IMG/VR virus record: IMGVR_UViG_3300043465_002420
Direction: 5' to 3' (one strand)
Length of the DNA: 64,000 bases
Origin: a virus
Shown here: piece by piece, positions 38,604-50,100 of the stretch
Layout of the letters: each line of letters starts with the position of its first letter
Numbering within the stretch: position 1 is the stretch's first letter
The notes under the pieces: model-generated
What the model was told of the DNA's origin: nothing
The model's database searches: none
What the model saw: the letters and a program-made list of their open reading frames with translations, nothing else
Position numbers and translations under genes: made by a program

Positions 38604-38620
38604 TAACTTTCTAAATTATT

Positions 38621-38986
38621 TCACTTTACTTCGCCCCATGCACTATCATTTTCAATATCATTTAATGGGTTAGATCTTTCAGCTTCGCCATATGGATTAG
38701 ATCCCATATGAGAATTTTCTTGTGCGTTAGACCTTTGATCTGTGACACCGCCAGGTCGTTCCATATTCCATTTATGTCTATAGTCATGACCTGAAGAATC
38801 ACTGTTCCAAACATCTGTGCCAATTGGATTGGTGAATTTAACCCTACAAGCGGTAAGGAGTTTTGTTTTTGATTTGGATTTACATTTTGGACAGGAAACA
38901 TTTTTATATTTTCCTGTCTTATCGAAGTCGGCAATCTCTTCCCAAGATTTTTTACATTTATTACATTCAAAAGCATAATTCGGCAT
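38621..38986 (-). CDS. FmdB-family zinc-ribbon protein
   Basis: MPNYAFECNKC...CPKC. Confidence 0.75.
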   Translation of the reverse strand: MPNYAFECNKCKKSWEEIADFDKTGKYKNVSCPKCKSKSKTKLLTACRVKFTNPIGTDVWNSDSSGHDYRHKWNMERPGGVTDQRSNAQENSHMGSNPYGEAERSNPLNDIENDSAWGEVK

Positions 38987-38995
38987 TTTATAATC

Positions 38996-39280
38996 CTATA
39001 AATTTTGTAAATCTCTAAACTTTTTATAAACTGTAGAGATTTTATCTAATTTAGTATCAAGTTTATAAAAGTTCCACCAAAAAGATTTACTACAAAATTT
39101 AATAGCCTTATCAATAAGCTTTTGATTTAATGCCATATAAGTAAGTTCTACATTTTCTTGTTGTAGTGCTTGCTCTTCTGCCAATAGCTCTTTGTATTCT
39201 TCGGGAGAAATAGGCCTGTTCATTTCTTCTTCAAATTCTTCATCTTCTTCGTCATTATCTTCAAATTCAAATCGTTTCAT
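38996..39280 (-). CDS. hypothetical acidic protein
   Basis: Start set at MKRFEF with GAGG upstream. Confidence 0.6.
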   Translation of the reverse strand: MKRFEFEDNDEEDEEFEEEMNRPISPEEYKELLAEEQALQQENVELTYMALNQKLIDKAIKFCSKSFWWNFYKLDTKLDKISTVYKKFRDLQNL

Positions 39281-39281
39281 T

Positions 39282-39902
39282 TTAACCTCTGAATATGCAT
39301 TCAAATATGTTTGTAGCCGACATCCATATATCATCCAATCTTCTTTCGTTTAGGCCTAACAAAGTACGATTGTATTTGGCCAAAGGATGAAATGGATACT
39401 CATCTTTATTTATCCATGAAGACAAATTAAAGTTACCCCAACCATTAGAATATGTCACAAAATTCACAATTTTATCTTCTTTTACATCACAATATAAATC
39501 AGATTTCTCTTCAAAATTAGAATTTAAGTCATTTACTAAATAAAAATCATTTTTTTTATAATTTTTTTTAGAATGCAAAAAACTATTTTGCTCTAGCTCA
39601 CGAACACAAATTATATCAGAACTAACAATCAAAGCTGGTAAACTTAGCTTGTCTTTTTCAATAAAATAACGCAAATAAGACAAACTATCGCTTGTTTTTA
39701 AAATTTCAAAATTAAAATTGAGCTTTTTTGCCCACATAAACAAATTTCGTTTTATGTCTTTTCTTTGACATGCTATTGCTATTTTTGCTTCTGGTAAGTA
39801 TTTAGAAAATGAATAGGCACTAAGAAAAGCCATCCAATCACTTGAAATGCTATGATCGCAACAAATTAAAACACTTAAATTTTCGCCAGTACTTGTAATC
39901 AT
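39282..39902 (-). CDS. hypothetical protein
   Basis: 206-aa ORF. Confidence 0.6.
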   Translation of the reverse strand: MITSTGENLSVLICCDHSISSDWMAFLSAYSFSKYLPEAKIAIACQRKDIKRNLFMWAKKLNFNFEILKTSDSLSYLRYFIEKDKLSLPALIVSSDIICVRELEQNSFLHSKKNYKKNDFYLVNDLNSNFEEKSDLYCDVKEDKIVNFVTYSNGWGNFNLSSWINKDEYPFHPLAKYNRTLLGLNERRLDDIWMSATNIFECIFRG

Positions 39903-39928
39903 GCATTAATTGAGAATGGAAGATCAAA

Positions 39929-40090
39929 TTAAATATGATCTTCTTTTTTTGATTTGTATACAGAAGTGAATTTTAGGTTTGTTGGCTTTGCTGGACTAAC
40001 TTTTTTTGCCATAAGCATATTTGGAGAATTGGCACCTTTTGACTTAAAACCATAAAATTTTTCGTTCAAAAATTGTTGAAATGTTATCAT
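39929..40090 (-). CDS. 53-aa protein with capsid-targeting-like N-terminus (not in ORF track)
   Basis: MITFQQFLNEKFYGFKSK...; ATGA overlap with the upstream gene. Confidence 0.65.
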   Translation of the reverse strand: MITFQQFLNEKFYGFKSKGANSPNMLMAKKVSPAKPTNLKFTSVYKSKKEDHI

Positions 40091-40386
40091 TTTGCAGTTC
40101 CTATTGTGCCAACTGCTGGGGCTGTTGTTTTTTTATTTTGTTGCTGTTTAATCATATTTTGAATTGCAATAGGATCAGGCTGTAAAGGAATGCCTGATTT
40201 TTTCATATTAGCCAATGAAGCTTTGTATTTAGGATCTTCTTGAGTCATTTTCCAAGTTTGAGCAGGTGTCAAAGGTTTGTTAGTTTTAGGGTCTGTACCA
40301 TATATTTGTGGTAAATTTTTCAATAGATCGCTAAATGTTCCAACTTGTTTTTCATCCGACTCTAGCCAATTTTTAAAATTAATCAT
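40087..40386 (-). CDS. small protein with capsid-targeting-like N-terminus
   Basis: MINFKNWLESDE. Confidence 0.65.
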   Translation of the reverse strand: MINFKNWLESDEKQVGTFSDLLKNLPQIYGTDPKTNKPLTPAQTWKMTQEDPKYKASLANMKKSGIPLQPDPIAIQNMIKQQQNKKTTAPAVGTIGTAK

Positions 40387-40441
40387 TTATACCCCTTTTC
40401 AATCTATATATATTTGTCACAAATCTTTAATTAGGTGAAAA

Positions 40442-40645
40442 ATGAAATTTTGTTGCTTTTACAATATGTTTTTTAGTGCTATTTTTGGATTTTTTCTTTG
40501 TTTTTTTATTATTGGAACACAACTTATAAAAGAAAACGAAAAAGAAAAACATGATCACAAAACCTGTCAAAAATGCGTGTGCGAAAAAAAATGTAATTGT
40601 CCACATGAAAAAGAACCATGCGAAACTAAATGTTTATGCGATTAA
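40442..40645 (+). CDS. small membrane protein with Cys-rich tail
   Basis: TM segment followed by CQKCVC..CNC..C..C.C. Confidence 0.5.
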   Translation: MKFCCFYNMFFSAIFGFFLCFFIIGTQLIKENEKEKHDHKTCQKCVCEKKCNCPHEKEPCETKCLCD

Positions 40646-42002
40646 TTATCTTGGTCGTTGAAATATTCTCTACCATGGGAGCAAAAATTGTATTCTTGGC
40701 AAATTCACGACCAATTACATTAGAATTTTGATACTCCATACCTTTAACCAAAAAATCAGGTTTTATTTTCTTTATAATTTCGTATGGAGTGTCTTCATCG
40801 AAATGTAAAACATAATCAACACATTGCAAATTGGCCAGCAATAACATTCTATCTTCTAGTTTATTGATTGGTCTGTTTGGCTTCAATTTAGAAACAGATT
40901 CGTCTGCATTTACAGCAACCAATAACTTATCTCCAAAACTTTTAGCATAATTCAAGTTACTTATGTGGCCTGAGTGAAGAATATCAAAACATCCATTTGT
41001 CATACACAATTTAAAATTTCTATTTTCAAAAAATTCTGGTGTGACATACTTCGATTCAACTTTATTTAAAATTGAATTTATTTTATTGAAATCCAATGGC
41101 TTATTATGTTTTTCCTTTACATAAATAGAACCCATTTTAAAGGAAAATTTTGAAGCGTCTTTTAATGATATTCCATTTCCCAAACACAATCCGCAAAATG
41201 CTATAAAACAATCACCAGCACCAATAACACTATTTGGAGCATCCAAAATTTCTTCACACTTGTAATCAAAATAATCACCATCATATCCATACAATCCATC
41301 ACCACCATTTGTTATGATTACATTTTTAGCATTGGTTATATTTATAATTTTTTCAATTTGCTTGTTGCGATCTGATTGCCCTGTAATATTCTTTGCTTCT
41401 ATTGAATTGGGCTTTATAAGACTACAACCAAGCCATTTATAAATATCTGTTTTTGGATCAACAATTTTAATTTGACATTTATGATTTTTAGCTAAATTTG
41501 AAACTATGTTGTTATAAAAAACACCCTTATCATAATCGGAAAATATAATAACATCAAATTCTTGTTCCATAATACGATCAAACAAATCACAACAATATTT
41601 AGTTATTTCGCTCTCAGACAAACCACAATTAGACTTTTCCACATCCCATCTATATGTTGGAAATTCATTGCTATAAAATCTTTTTTTTCTTGAAATATTA
41701 TTTGGAATATCAATAGAAAGAGAGGTGTCCAACCCATGTTTGCTTAAAATTGATTTTGCATTTGCATCAAGAAAAGAACAAAGAAATGTATTCTTATTGA
41801 AGTTTTTTAACTGGAATGCGACATTTGCTGCTCCGCCTGGGAAAACATTTGTCGGATCTTCATTATCAGAATGCATTACTGGTATGGGGAATTCTGGCGA
41901 TATTTTTCTAACACTAACATCAAAGTATTCATCCAACATAGAATCACCTATGACAGCGATTCGTATGTTACTATTTTTTATTTTCTCTAAAATATCTTTC
42001 AT
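40626..42002 (-). CDS. hldE: bifunctional heptose-7-phosphate kinase / heptose-1-phosphate adenylyltransferase
   Basis: VIGDSMLDEY, ISPEFPIPV, GGAANVA, SDYDKG, KPNSIE, GAGD; TNGCFDILHSGH, VAVNADES, DFLVKG. Confidence 0.93.
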   Translation of the reverse strand: MKDILEKIKNSNIRIAVIGDSMLDEYFDVSVRKISPEFPIPVMHSDNEDPTNVFPGGAANVAFQLKNFNKNTFLCSFLDANAKSILSKHGLDTSLSIDIPNNISRKKRFYSNEFPTYRWDVEKSNCGLSESEITKYCCDLFDRIMEQEFDVIIFSDYDKGVFYNNIVSNLAKNHKCQIKIVDPKTDIYKWLGCSLIKPNSIEAKNITGQSDRNKQIEKIINITNAKNVIITNGGDGLYGYDGDYFDYKCEEILDAPNSVIGAGDCFIAFCGLCLGNGISLKDASKFSFKMGSIYVKEKHNKPLDFNKINSILNKVESKYVTPEFFENRNFKLCMTNGCFDILHSGHISNLNYAKSFGDKLLVAVNADESVSKLKPNRPINKLEDRMLLLANLQCVDYVLHFDEDTPYEIIKKIKPDFLVKGMEYQNSNVIGREFAKNTIFAPMVENISTTKIINRINI

Positions 42003-42052
42003 TTTTTGAACCCAAATAATTGTTTATGTAATTATTTGAGTTTACAAACAAA

Positions 42053-42925
42053 TTATTCAATACTTAATCCAAGACTTTGCATCTTTTGCACCCATTCTTC
42101 CTGTTCTCTTTTATTTTCAGAATCAATTTTTAAAACCTTAGTTCCTTGCAAAGATTTTGACAAAGCTTCAACTTCCAACCTTGTAAGCCTCATAGCTCCA
42201 CGATGTTCATGATAGTCCTCCCATGCTTCAATAGCCCAAGGAACAATAGGCTTTATAAGTTCTAACATGGCATCTGCGAATACTCTAATCTCCCATTGAG
42301 CATGAGGATCGCAACGCAAGGCCAAAAAGTGCAAAAGATTATGCAAATCTACTTTCCAATACCACTCTGTATAAAAATTAACTGGTAGAAGCATCCTTGC
42401 TTGTTCTCTAGCCACACCTTTTTGAATTGCTTTTTCATATTCATCGTATGATTGATTGCAGATAGAATCTATCTTTTCAATAAAGTTAGAAGCATCAACT
42501 TCATTTATTGATTCGCCACTTCCTTGTTTATTTACTGATGATTGTTGCCTCACATTTTCAATTTCTGGCTTATAAAATTCATCCTTCATCATTGAATATC
42601 TTCCACTGTATTCGTTAATTTTAGCGGTCCTATGCCTCACCATTTGTCTGGCTACGAATATGGGCATTTGCATATTGAATTTTATTTCAATCATCTCGAA
42701 TGGGGTTGTGTGCTTGTGACGAAGCAGATAACGAATCAATCCTCTATCTTCATTAATGGTTTTAGTTCCATCTCCATAAGAAACTCTAGCAGCTTGAACT
42801 ATTGCGTAATCTGCGGTCTTCCTATCATCTGGAACAAGTCTTGGCATAACATCAACAATCGTCACATGACCCTTGTCCAAGCATTTGATTGTTTTTTCAG
42901 AAACATTTGTCAAAACATCATGCAT
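42053..42925 (-). CDS. thyX: FAD-dependent thymidylate synthase
   Basis: AARVSY, HTTPFE, RQMVRHR...INEYSGRY (RHRx7S), AREQAR, LHFLALR...HAQWEIR. Confidence 0.96.
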   Translation of the reverse strand: MHDVLTNVSEKTIKCLDKGHVTIVDVMPRLVPDDRKTADYAIVQAARVSYGDGTKTINEDRGLIRYLLRHKHTTPFEMIEIKFNMQMPIFVARQMVRHRTAKINEYSGRYSMMKDEFYKPEIENVRQQSSVNKQGSGESINEVDASNFIEKIDSICNQSYDEYEKAIQKGVAREQARMLLPVNFYTEWYWKVDLHNLLHFLALRCDPHAQWEIRVFADAMLELIKPIVPWAIEAWEDYHEHRGAMRLTRLEVEALSKSLQGTKVLKIDSENKREQEEWVQKMQSLGLSIE

Positions 42926-43038
42926 GATATTTTCCTTTTAAAAATCAATAATTAACATTTCAAATTATAGCAAAAATCAATCCAATTAAACAATAGATAT
43001 AATCGACAACAAACAAAGTAAATAATAACAAGGCAATT

Positions 43039-43518
43039 ATGTACAAAATATTAGTAATGCAAAAACCAGCAGCAAGAGACAGAATTGGAATAATCAGAAA
43101 ATGGCTTGAAGAAAATACAAACGGAATAATTGCAGAAAAAGATGTTTTAATAGATGATCGAATCATAAGAGAACATTATAAAGAACATGCAGATAAAGAC
43201 TTTTATCCGACAATGATACAATATTATGTCGGAAAAACAGTAAAAGTGTGGATAGTAGAAGTGGAAAATATAGCAGATTTAAAAGCAGCAATTGGACATC
43301 CAAAAGCAAAAGATGGATTTCGCAAAGAATTAATGGGAGATAGAATAAAAGAAGTAATAGAAAAATTTGGAGTAATGGACAATGGAATTCATGCTTCTGA
43401 TTCTGAAGAAAGTGGGAAAAGGGAAATTAGCTTGTGGTTTGGAAATTCTTATTTGTCTCCATCGTCTTCAAATGAACTTCCACATTTTAAAGAATGGCTT
43501 AAAAATAGATGTTCCTAA
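43039..43518 (+). CDS. ndk: nucleoside diphosphate kinase (compact, divergent)
   Basis: KP, EHYKEH..K.FY, GFR, NGIHASDS.ESG.REI.LWF. Confidence 0.85.
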   Translation: MYKILVMQKPAARDRIGIIRKWLEENTNGIIAEKDVLIDDRIIREHYKEHADKDFYPTMIQYYVGKTVKVWIVEVENIADLKAAIGHPKAKDGFRKELMGDRIKEVIEKFGVMDNGIHASDSEESGKREISLWFGNSYLSPSSSNELPHFKEWLKNRCS

Positions 43519-43573
43519 TATTAAAAGTAACCAATATCTCCCATCACAACATCTGGCAAATTAGGAAACATTT

Positions 43574-43780
43574 TTAAAATTTTATTTTTTTTTTATTCTT
43601 CTTTTTTTCAAGATCATCTACAGTCAATAGGGTTGGAGGTGTTCTAGTTACCATTCCCATGCCTAAAGGTCTTGCAAATTTCGCAACATCAGCAGTAGAT
43701 GTCATGCCACCAGAACCACCTGCTGGAGCAGCAGCAGTTGCTACCTCATTTTGAAACCAATTTTTAAAGTTTAATTTCAT
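43574..43780 (-). CDS. small protein with capsid-targeting-like N-terminus
   Basis: MKLNFKNWFQNE; TSTADVAKFARP. Confidence 0.6.
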   Translation of the reverse strand: MKLNFKNWFQNEVATAAAPAGGSGGMTSTADVAKFARPLGMGMVTRTPPTLLTVDDLEKKKNKKKIKF

Positions 43781-44262
43781 GCCATTCCACCCATTCCACC
43801 CATTGCACTCATATCATCGCCACCTGCTGGTGCCGCTGGTGGAGTCCATCCGGTTGTTAAAAATTTGATTAAATCGTTTTTTGATAAGTAATACATATTT
43901 TGATCTGGTGAATCTTTTTTGAGTATTCCATCCTTCAAATAACTTCTATTTCCGCCCTTTGTTGGCTTAATTCTTATAGCTGCACCTTTTTCGGTAATTG
44001 AATCTGGTACTATTTCCCAAGCAGACATTTTATAAGCAACTTCTTTATTTGGGCTTCCTAAAACAAAATGTGATGATATCCAAGGTTCACTAGAAAATAT
44101 ACTTTTTAAAGATTTCCAATCAATTCCAAATTCATCTTCGAGCGTATCAAAGTAATTACTACCCGCTGGGTCTTCTGATGCAATATCAGTCTCAGACCTC
44201 TTTTCTAAAGTTTGATCTATTTCTTCGAAAAATCTTTTAAAGTTATTGAATAAATAATTCAT
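43777..44262 (-). CDS. protein with capsid-targeting-like N-terminus
   Basis: MNYLFNNFKRFFEE; Pro/Gly/Met-rich C-tail. Confidence 0.6.
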   Translation of the reverse strand: MNYLFNNFKRFFEEIDQTLEKRSETDIASEDPAGSNYFDTLEDEFGIDWKSLKSIFSSEPWISSHFVLGSPNKEVAYKMSAWEIVPDSITEKGAAIRIKPTKGGNRSYLKDGILKKDSPDQNMYYLSKNDLIKFLTTGWTPPAAPAGGDDMSAMGGMGGMA

Positions 44263-44282
44263 ACATTATATAGGAAACAAAA

Positions 44283-44654
44283 ATGAAAAACTTCTCAGAA
44301 ACATATAAGGAAATACAATTAGCTTGGGATAAGTACCTTGCTCTAGAAGGCAAAGTTAAAGAATTAATCGATGATCACGATTTAATGCTTTTCTTTAAGC
44401 ACAAAGGAGATGTTTACGGAACCAACGAAGATGGAAGGCTATCTTATGCCACCATGCTTGACAAAGAAGAAAGCAAAAAGCTAAAAGATGATCTTCGTAT
44501 CATGGCAATAAATCTCACACAAGCAGCAAACGAAGAACCAAGAGAATATATCTTTTCTAATGAAAATATTAAAAATATTAGAAAAAATATAGTCAGTCGT
44601 GAAGATGCAGAAAAAGAAATAAAAGAAAAAATGAAAAATAAAAATGAATTTTAA
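44283..44654 (+). CDS. hypothetical protein
   Basis: MKNFSETYKE start. Confidence 0.6.
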   Translation: MKNFSETYKEIQLAWDKYLALEGKVKELIDDHDLMLFFKHKGDVYGTNEDGRLSYATMLDKEESKKLKDDLRIMAINLTQAANEEPREYIFSNENIKNIRKNIVSREDAEKEIKEKMKNKNEF

Positions 44655-44690
44655 ATTTCATAAAAACGAATTTTTTTACTCGCTTGCGTA

Positions 44691-45569
44691 TTAACTTGCT
44701 ATATCAGGAATATCAGTAAGATTAGAAAACTTTTCCAATAAGTCTGGATAAATGGCTAGTGCTTGATTCTTAGCTGTATTCACTACTGGTTCTGGGTGTG
44801 TTTTAGAAAAGAAATTGATTACTTGTTTTGGGTTTTTACCAATTTCATAAAACGCAATTAAATAATTATAAATTTTATCTTCCACATATAATCTATATGT
44901 AACTGGTTTGCTTCTCAAGAATCTATGTACCCAACCAAGTGCTGAATGACAATATACTTTACCGCCATTGTTTCTTACTTTTTCATGGATATAACCTTCT
45001 TCTCCAGCAAACCCCATAAAGTTGTCACTAAACCTTGGAAAAAATTCTTTTTTCATTAAAAACATAGCCGTTCCATGCATTGGAATTTCAAAAACTTCAG
45101 GTATTGGCGATTCAGTTTGCCATATACCAAAAAAATCACCCCGCCATTTTGGCTCCATATGTGTTGCTATACATGATTTATTTTCATTCAAAAGAGGGCC
45201 ACACCACATGTCTTTTTTAATTGAATCTTCGTCTATTCCTTTTAAAATATAATCTATTGCACCATTTTGAAGCATAACATGACTATCCAACAACAACACA
45301 TAATCACCATCTGCGTGTTCAAACACAGAGTTCTTAGCATGTGCTGGTCCTTTGTTTTTTGGACAATGAATATATTTAGAATGAGATAAATTAGCTAAAT
45401 TTTTAAGACCTTCTATTTCCTTGGGAGTATCGTCACATATTAATATTTGAACATCTTTACAGACTTCTTCTCTTCCTAAATGATAAAGCCTTAACGCAGA
45501 AGAAGTCCAAAAACTTCCCTCAAGATCATCGTGACAAGCCCATCCAATGGTCAACTTAATTTTAGACAT
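44691..45569 (-). CDS. GT2 glycosyltransferase
   Basis: ILICDD, GPAHAKN.VFEHADGDYVLLLDSH, GFAGEEG. Confidence 0.8.
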   Translation of the reverse strand: MSKIKLTIGWACHDDLEGSFWTSSALRLYHLGREEVCKDVQILICDDTPKEIEGLKNLANLSHSKYIHCPKNKGPAHAKNSVFEHADGDYVLLLDSHVMLQNGAIDYILKGIDEDSIKKDMWCGPLLNENKSCIATHMEPKWRGDFFGIWQTESPIPEVFEIPMHGTAMFLMKKEFFPRFSDNFMGFAGEEGYIHEKVRNNGGKVYCHSALGWVHRFLRSKPVTYRLYVEDKIYNYLIAFYEIGKNPKQVINFFSKTHPEPVVNTAKNQALAIYPDLLEKFSNLTDIPDIAS

Positions 45570-45641
45570 AATTTTATTTATCTGTTAGTCAAACTTTATT
45601 GAAAATATAATAGAATGATATTATTTTTTCTATATTAACTT

Positions 45642-46523
45642 GTGGAAAAAATAGCACTAATAAGACCGGGAGCCATCGGTGATATAATGATGGCTCTAAA
45701 TTTTGTTCAAGAATTAAAAAGAAAAAAAGAAGTCACTTTTTTCTGTAGTTCTGGTATTCATTCGATTTTGCATAATTTCATAGCAAACAATAAAATCGTA
45801 AGTTTTCGATCATTAGAACAATACAAACAAGAAGACTTCGACAAAACCATTCATCTTATTGGATATCCATTAAACGAAGGATATCCATATAAAAAAATGA
45901 ATCGACATTTGCTTGAATACTTTGCAAGCGAAATGGAAACTAACTTTTCATTTGATCAATTTACATTGACCCTGCCAAAGTTTCCAAAAAAAATAAAGAA
46001 CAGAAATACTCCTAGATATATAACTTTTCAAAATAAGACTGGTTGGTCTACTTACAAAGAATGGTGGGGATGGCAAGAACTCATAAATCTTATAAAAGAA
46101 AAAAATCCAAATATCGAAATATATCAAATAGGTGGAAAAAATGATCCACAAATAGAAAATACAGATGGTAGCTTTTGTGGAGATTCCTTCGAAGACAATA
46201 TAGCAGCACAAGCATGGGCAAATACCCACATTGGATTAGATTCAGTCTTTAATCATACAACCAATATAAATTGGCTCAACAAGGGAAAAACAAAAGGCAT
46301 TATACTTTTTGGTTCCACACAAGCAGATGCAAGTGGATATCCACACAATGACAACATATCATTAGGATTATCTTGCCAACCATGTTTCAAAGAAGATCCA
46401 AAAATCAGCAGAGTTCCATTGGGATTATGTGACAATCCTCCAAATCAAACTTACGAAAATCCACAACATGCTTGCATGAAAGGCATAACACCAGAAATGG
46501 TTTTTGAGAAAATTAAATTATGA
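45642..46523 (+). CDS. GT9 (heptosyltransferase-like) glycosyltransferase
   Basis: IALIRPGAIGDI, KEW, YQIGG, HIGLDSVFNH, IILFGST, CQPC...C...CM. Confidence 0.85.
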   Translation: MEKIALIRPGAIGDIMMALNFVQELKRKKEVTFFCSSGIHSILHNFIANNKIVSFRSLEQYKQEDFDKTIHLIGYPLNEGYPYKKMNRHLLEYFASEMETNFSFDQFTLTLPKFPKKIKNRNTPRYITFQNKTGWSTYKEWWGWQELINLIKEKNPNIEIYQIGGKNDPQIENTDGSFCGDSFEDNIAAQAWANTHIGLDSVFNHTTNINWLNKGKTKGIILFGSTQADASGYPHNDNISLGLSCQPCFKEDPKISRVPLGLCDNPPNQTYENPQHACMKGITPEMVFEKIKL

Positions 46524-47146
46524 ATAAAACACTCTCGGATATTTATAAAAACTTTGATTACGAAAATAATAAAATAAAATCCATAGAAGAAATTGAAGTG
46601 ACAAACTACAAAGGAATTCAATGTGGCCAAGCAAATGGCTTTCATCATTTGTTAAATATACTTTTTTTAAAACAATCATTTAAAAATGTAATCGAATTGG
46701 GAACCCAAAAAGGTGGTACTAGTTTATTTTTAAAAGATTTAATGAGTTTATATGGAGGAAACAACTTTGTAACATTCGATAGAAATAAATGTGATTTAGA
46801 TGTAAACCAAGTGGTAGGAAATATCTTAAAAGATCAAGAAATAATTAATTTGATAAAAACTAATATTCAAAAAGAAGGCAAGACGCTGCTTTTTTGTGAT
46901 GGTGGAGATAAAAAATGTGAATTCAACACTTTTTCTCCTTTTTTGAAAGATGGAGATTTTATCATGTTGCATGATTATGCACATGATAAAGAATTTTTCA
47001 ATAAAGAAATAAATGGAAAATTTTGGTTTTGGCACGAAGTTGAATTTTCTGATATTAAAGAATCGGTCGAAAAATATAACTTGATATCTTACAACACGGC
47101 ACAAATGTCGACCTTTGTTTATGGTTGTTTTTTTAAAAAAGGTTAA
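46520..47146 (+). CDS. class I SAM-dependent methyltransferase (CmcI/Methyltransf_24-like)
   Basis: VIELGTQKGGTS, LLFCDGG, FIMLHD. Confidence 0.7.
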   Translation: MNKTLSDIYKNFDYENNKIKSIEEIEVTNYKGIQCGQANGFHHLLNILFLKQSFKNVIELGTQKGGTSLFLKDLMSLYGGNNFVTFDRNKCDLDVNQVVGNILKDQEIINLIKTNIQKEGKTLLFCDGGDKKCEFNTFSPFLKDGDFIMLHDYAHDKEFFNKEINGKFWFWHEVEFSDIKESVEKYNLISYNTAQMSTFVYGCFFKKG

Positions 47147-47162
47147 AACAAATAAAAATTAA

Positions 47163-50100
47163 ATGAGAATATTACTTACGAGATATGGCGGAATTGGAGA
47201 TCTAATATACATAGAACCTGTTATTAGAGCCATTAAAGAAAAATATAATCCGACAGAAATAATTTTCAGAACTCACAAAGATTATAATTGCGGTGAAGTT
47301 ACAGTTCAGCCAAAAGAAGTATTAAAAGAAAACCCTTTTATTTCTGCAATTGTTTTTGACGACAAATATTATGGATTAGGCATTGAAACATATGGATTGT
47401 GTGTCGAGAATTTAGTTCCAAAAAACTTGGAAAAATGGGGTTCAGTAAATCCTTATTTTGATATGCACATTAATTTTCAAACAGAAATTGAAAAAAATAT
47501 AGACAACCCAGATTTACATGCAATTGATGTGTTTGCAAACGCAGCAAATGTAAAAGTTAAAGACAGAATACCAAAAATTTATTATGATCAAAAAATAGTT
47601 CCAAAATACGAACTTGTTGTGCAACTTAAAAGTGCAGAAGAAGATCGTGATTTAAGTAAAAACAATGATCTTATAGAAATGATTTCGAAAAGCAATTTGA
47701 CAAAAATTTTTCTAGGAGAGCAAAGTTTAAACTATCATGAATTTGTTAGCATTATTGCTAACTGCGAAATATTCGTAGGAACAGAAAGCTGTGGTACTTT
47801 AATAGCCACCGGACTGAATAAAAAAGTAATTACTATTTTTAAAAATAAAATAAGAATTAAAAATCGTTCTTACGAAAATGCGATGAATATAACTCAAGAT
47901 GAAATTGTTAAGTTCAAATCAGAAATTCTAAATTACATAACAAAGGATGAAAAAATGAATGAAACTTCTAAATGTCTAGAATCAAGAAAAAAATCAGGTT
48001 ATTTTGATTTGTACCTTAAAGGAAAAGGAATAGACATTGGCTGTGGTAAAGACAAATTAATTGTCGAACAAGGATCTGTTGACGCTTGGGATTTAAGCAA
48101 TGGCGATGCAATGTTAATGGAATGCATTGCAAATGAAACTTATGATTTTGTTTATTCTTCACATTGCTTAGAACATTTAAAAGATGTGGAAATAAGTCTT
48201 TTCAATTGGTCTAGAATACTTAAAAAAGATGGATATCTTTACTTCGTAGTTCCAGAATATGTTCTTTACGAAAGAATGACATTTCCATCTCTTTTCAATA
48301 AAGATCACAAACAAACATTTTCATATTACATTACAAAAGAACAAGTAAAAAGAAACAACCATTACCATTACACAGATATAATTAAAATAATCGAAAATCT
48401 AAACATGGAAGTGGAAATTTCAAAACTCGAAGACGACAACTACGATTACAGCAAAGGAACTGCTGGCGATCAAACATTTTTAGATAATGCATTATCGCAG
48501 ATTTTATTTGTTGCAAAGAAAAAAGAAAAAACTCCTGTAAGCCAAATGGGAGCAGATGATTGGGTTTTAAGTCACTACAAAAAAGGATATTTTGTCGATG
48601 CTGGATGTTGCGATGGTGAAGATATAAGTAATACTTACAAACTTGAAAAATTAGGATGGAATGGTTTATGCATAGATGTGATTCCAAAAAACTTTGATAG
48701 AAGACCAAAATCTAAAGTCATTGAAGCTGCATTACATGGAATAAAAGATTTGGAACTTGAATTTACGATATCAAAATCACCAGAAATAAGTGGCATAACT
48801 GATTATCTTGGGAAACAAGGAACGGCAGCTTATACTGGATGGAAACCATATGTAGACAAAACCATTAAAGTAAAGACGCAATTACTTCATGAAATATTAG
48901 ATGCCAATAACGCACCTAATTTTATCGAATACTTAAACATAGACATTGAGGGAGTGGAACTAGAGGTCTTAAAAACCTTTCCATTTGAAAAATATAAATT
49001 TGGATGCATTTCTTTAGAACACAATTATGATGAGCCAAAACGAACACACATTAAAAATTTACTAAAAAATAAAGGTTACAATTACATAAAACAAGAAAAA
49101 GCAGACGATTGGTTTGTATTAGACGAAAACAATACAAAAGTAAAAACAATTGGTTTGTGCATGATTGTTAAAAACGAATCAAAAATTATAGAAAGATGCT
49201 TGGATAGCGTCAAACCAATAATAGACTATGTTTGCATTGTAGATACTGGATCGACAGATGATACAATCGAAACTATCAATTCTTGGCTCGTTAAAAACAA
49301 CATATCTGGAGAAGTTATATCAGAACCTTGGAAAAATTTCGCACACAATAGAAGTTTTGCCTTAGCCAAACTTCGTGAAAGAAAAAATATTGATTACGCA
49401 CTGATGATTGATGCCGATGAAGTTTTAAGATACGAAGATGGAATCGATATCGCTAAAGAAAAACAGAATATGAGCCATGATCTTTATCATGTAAATTGTA
49501 AATTTGGAAACATAGAGTACGCAAGAACATCTATAACAAAAAATAATATGCCCTATTATTACAAAGGTGTAGTTCATGAATTTCTTGAATGCCACGATCC
49601 AATTAAAACCAGAGATTTTTTAAAAGGAGTTCACAATGTGCCATTACAAGATTCTGCAAGGAATGAAAGTAATCAAAAATTTCAAAATGATATCAAACTT
49701 CTAGAAGATGAACTTAAAATAGAAGCCGATAAATTTATGATTTCAAGATATACATTTTATCTTGCCCAATCATATAGAGATTGCGAAGAAAAAGAAAAAG
49801 CAATTTATTGGTACAACGAAAGATCAAAACAAGGATTTTGGAATCAAGAAGTTTATATTTCATTGTATCAAGTCGCCAAACTTAAAGAACAACTTGAATA
49901 TCCCGGAGACGACATAGTTCAAAGCTACATGAGAGCATATGAAGTATGTCCAGAAAGAATTGAAGCATTACATGGTGCGATCAACTACTGTAGAAGAAAT
50001 GGCAGAAATCACCAAGCATTCATGATGGCTACATACGCAAGATCAATCCCTGTAAATAAAACAGGTCTATTTTCAGAAAACTGGATATGGAACTATGGCA

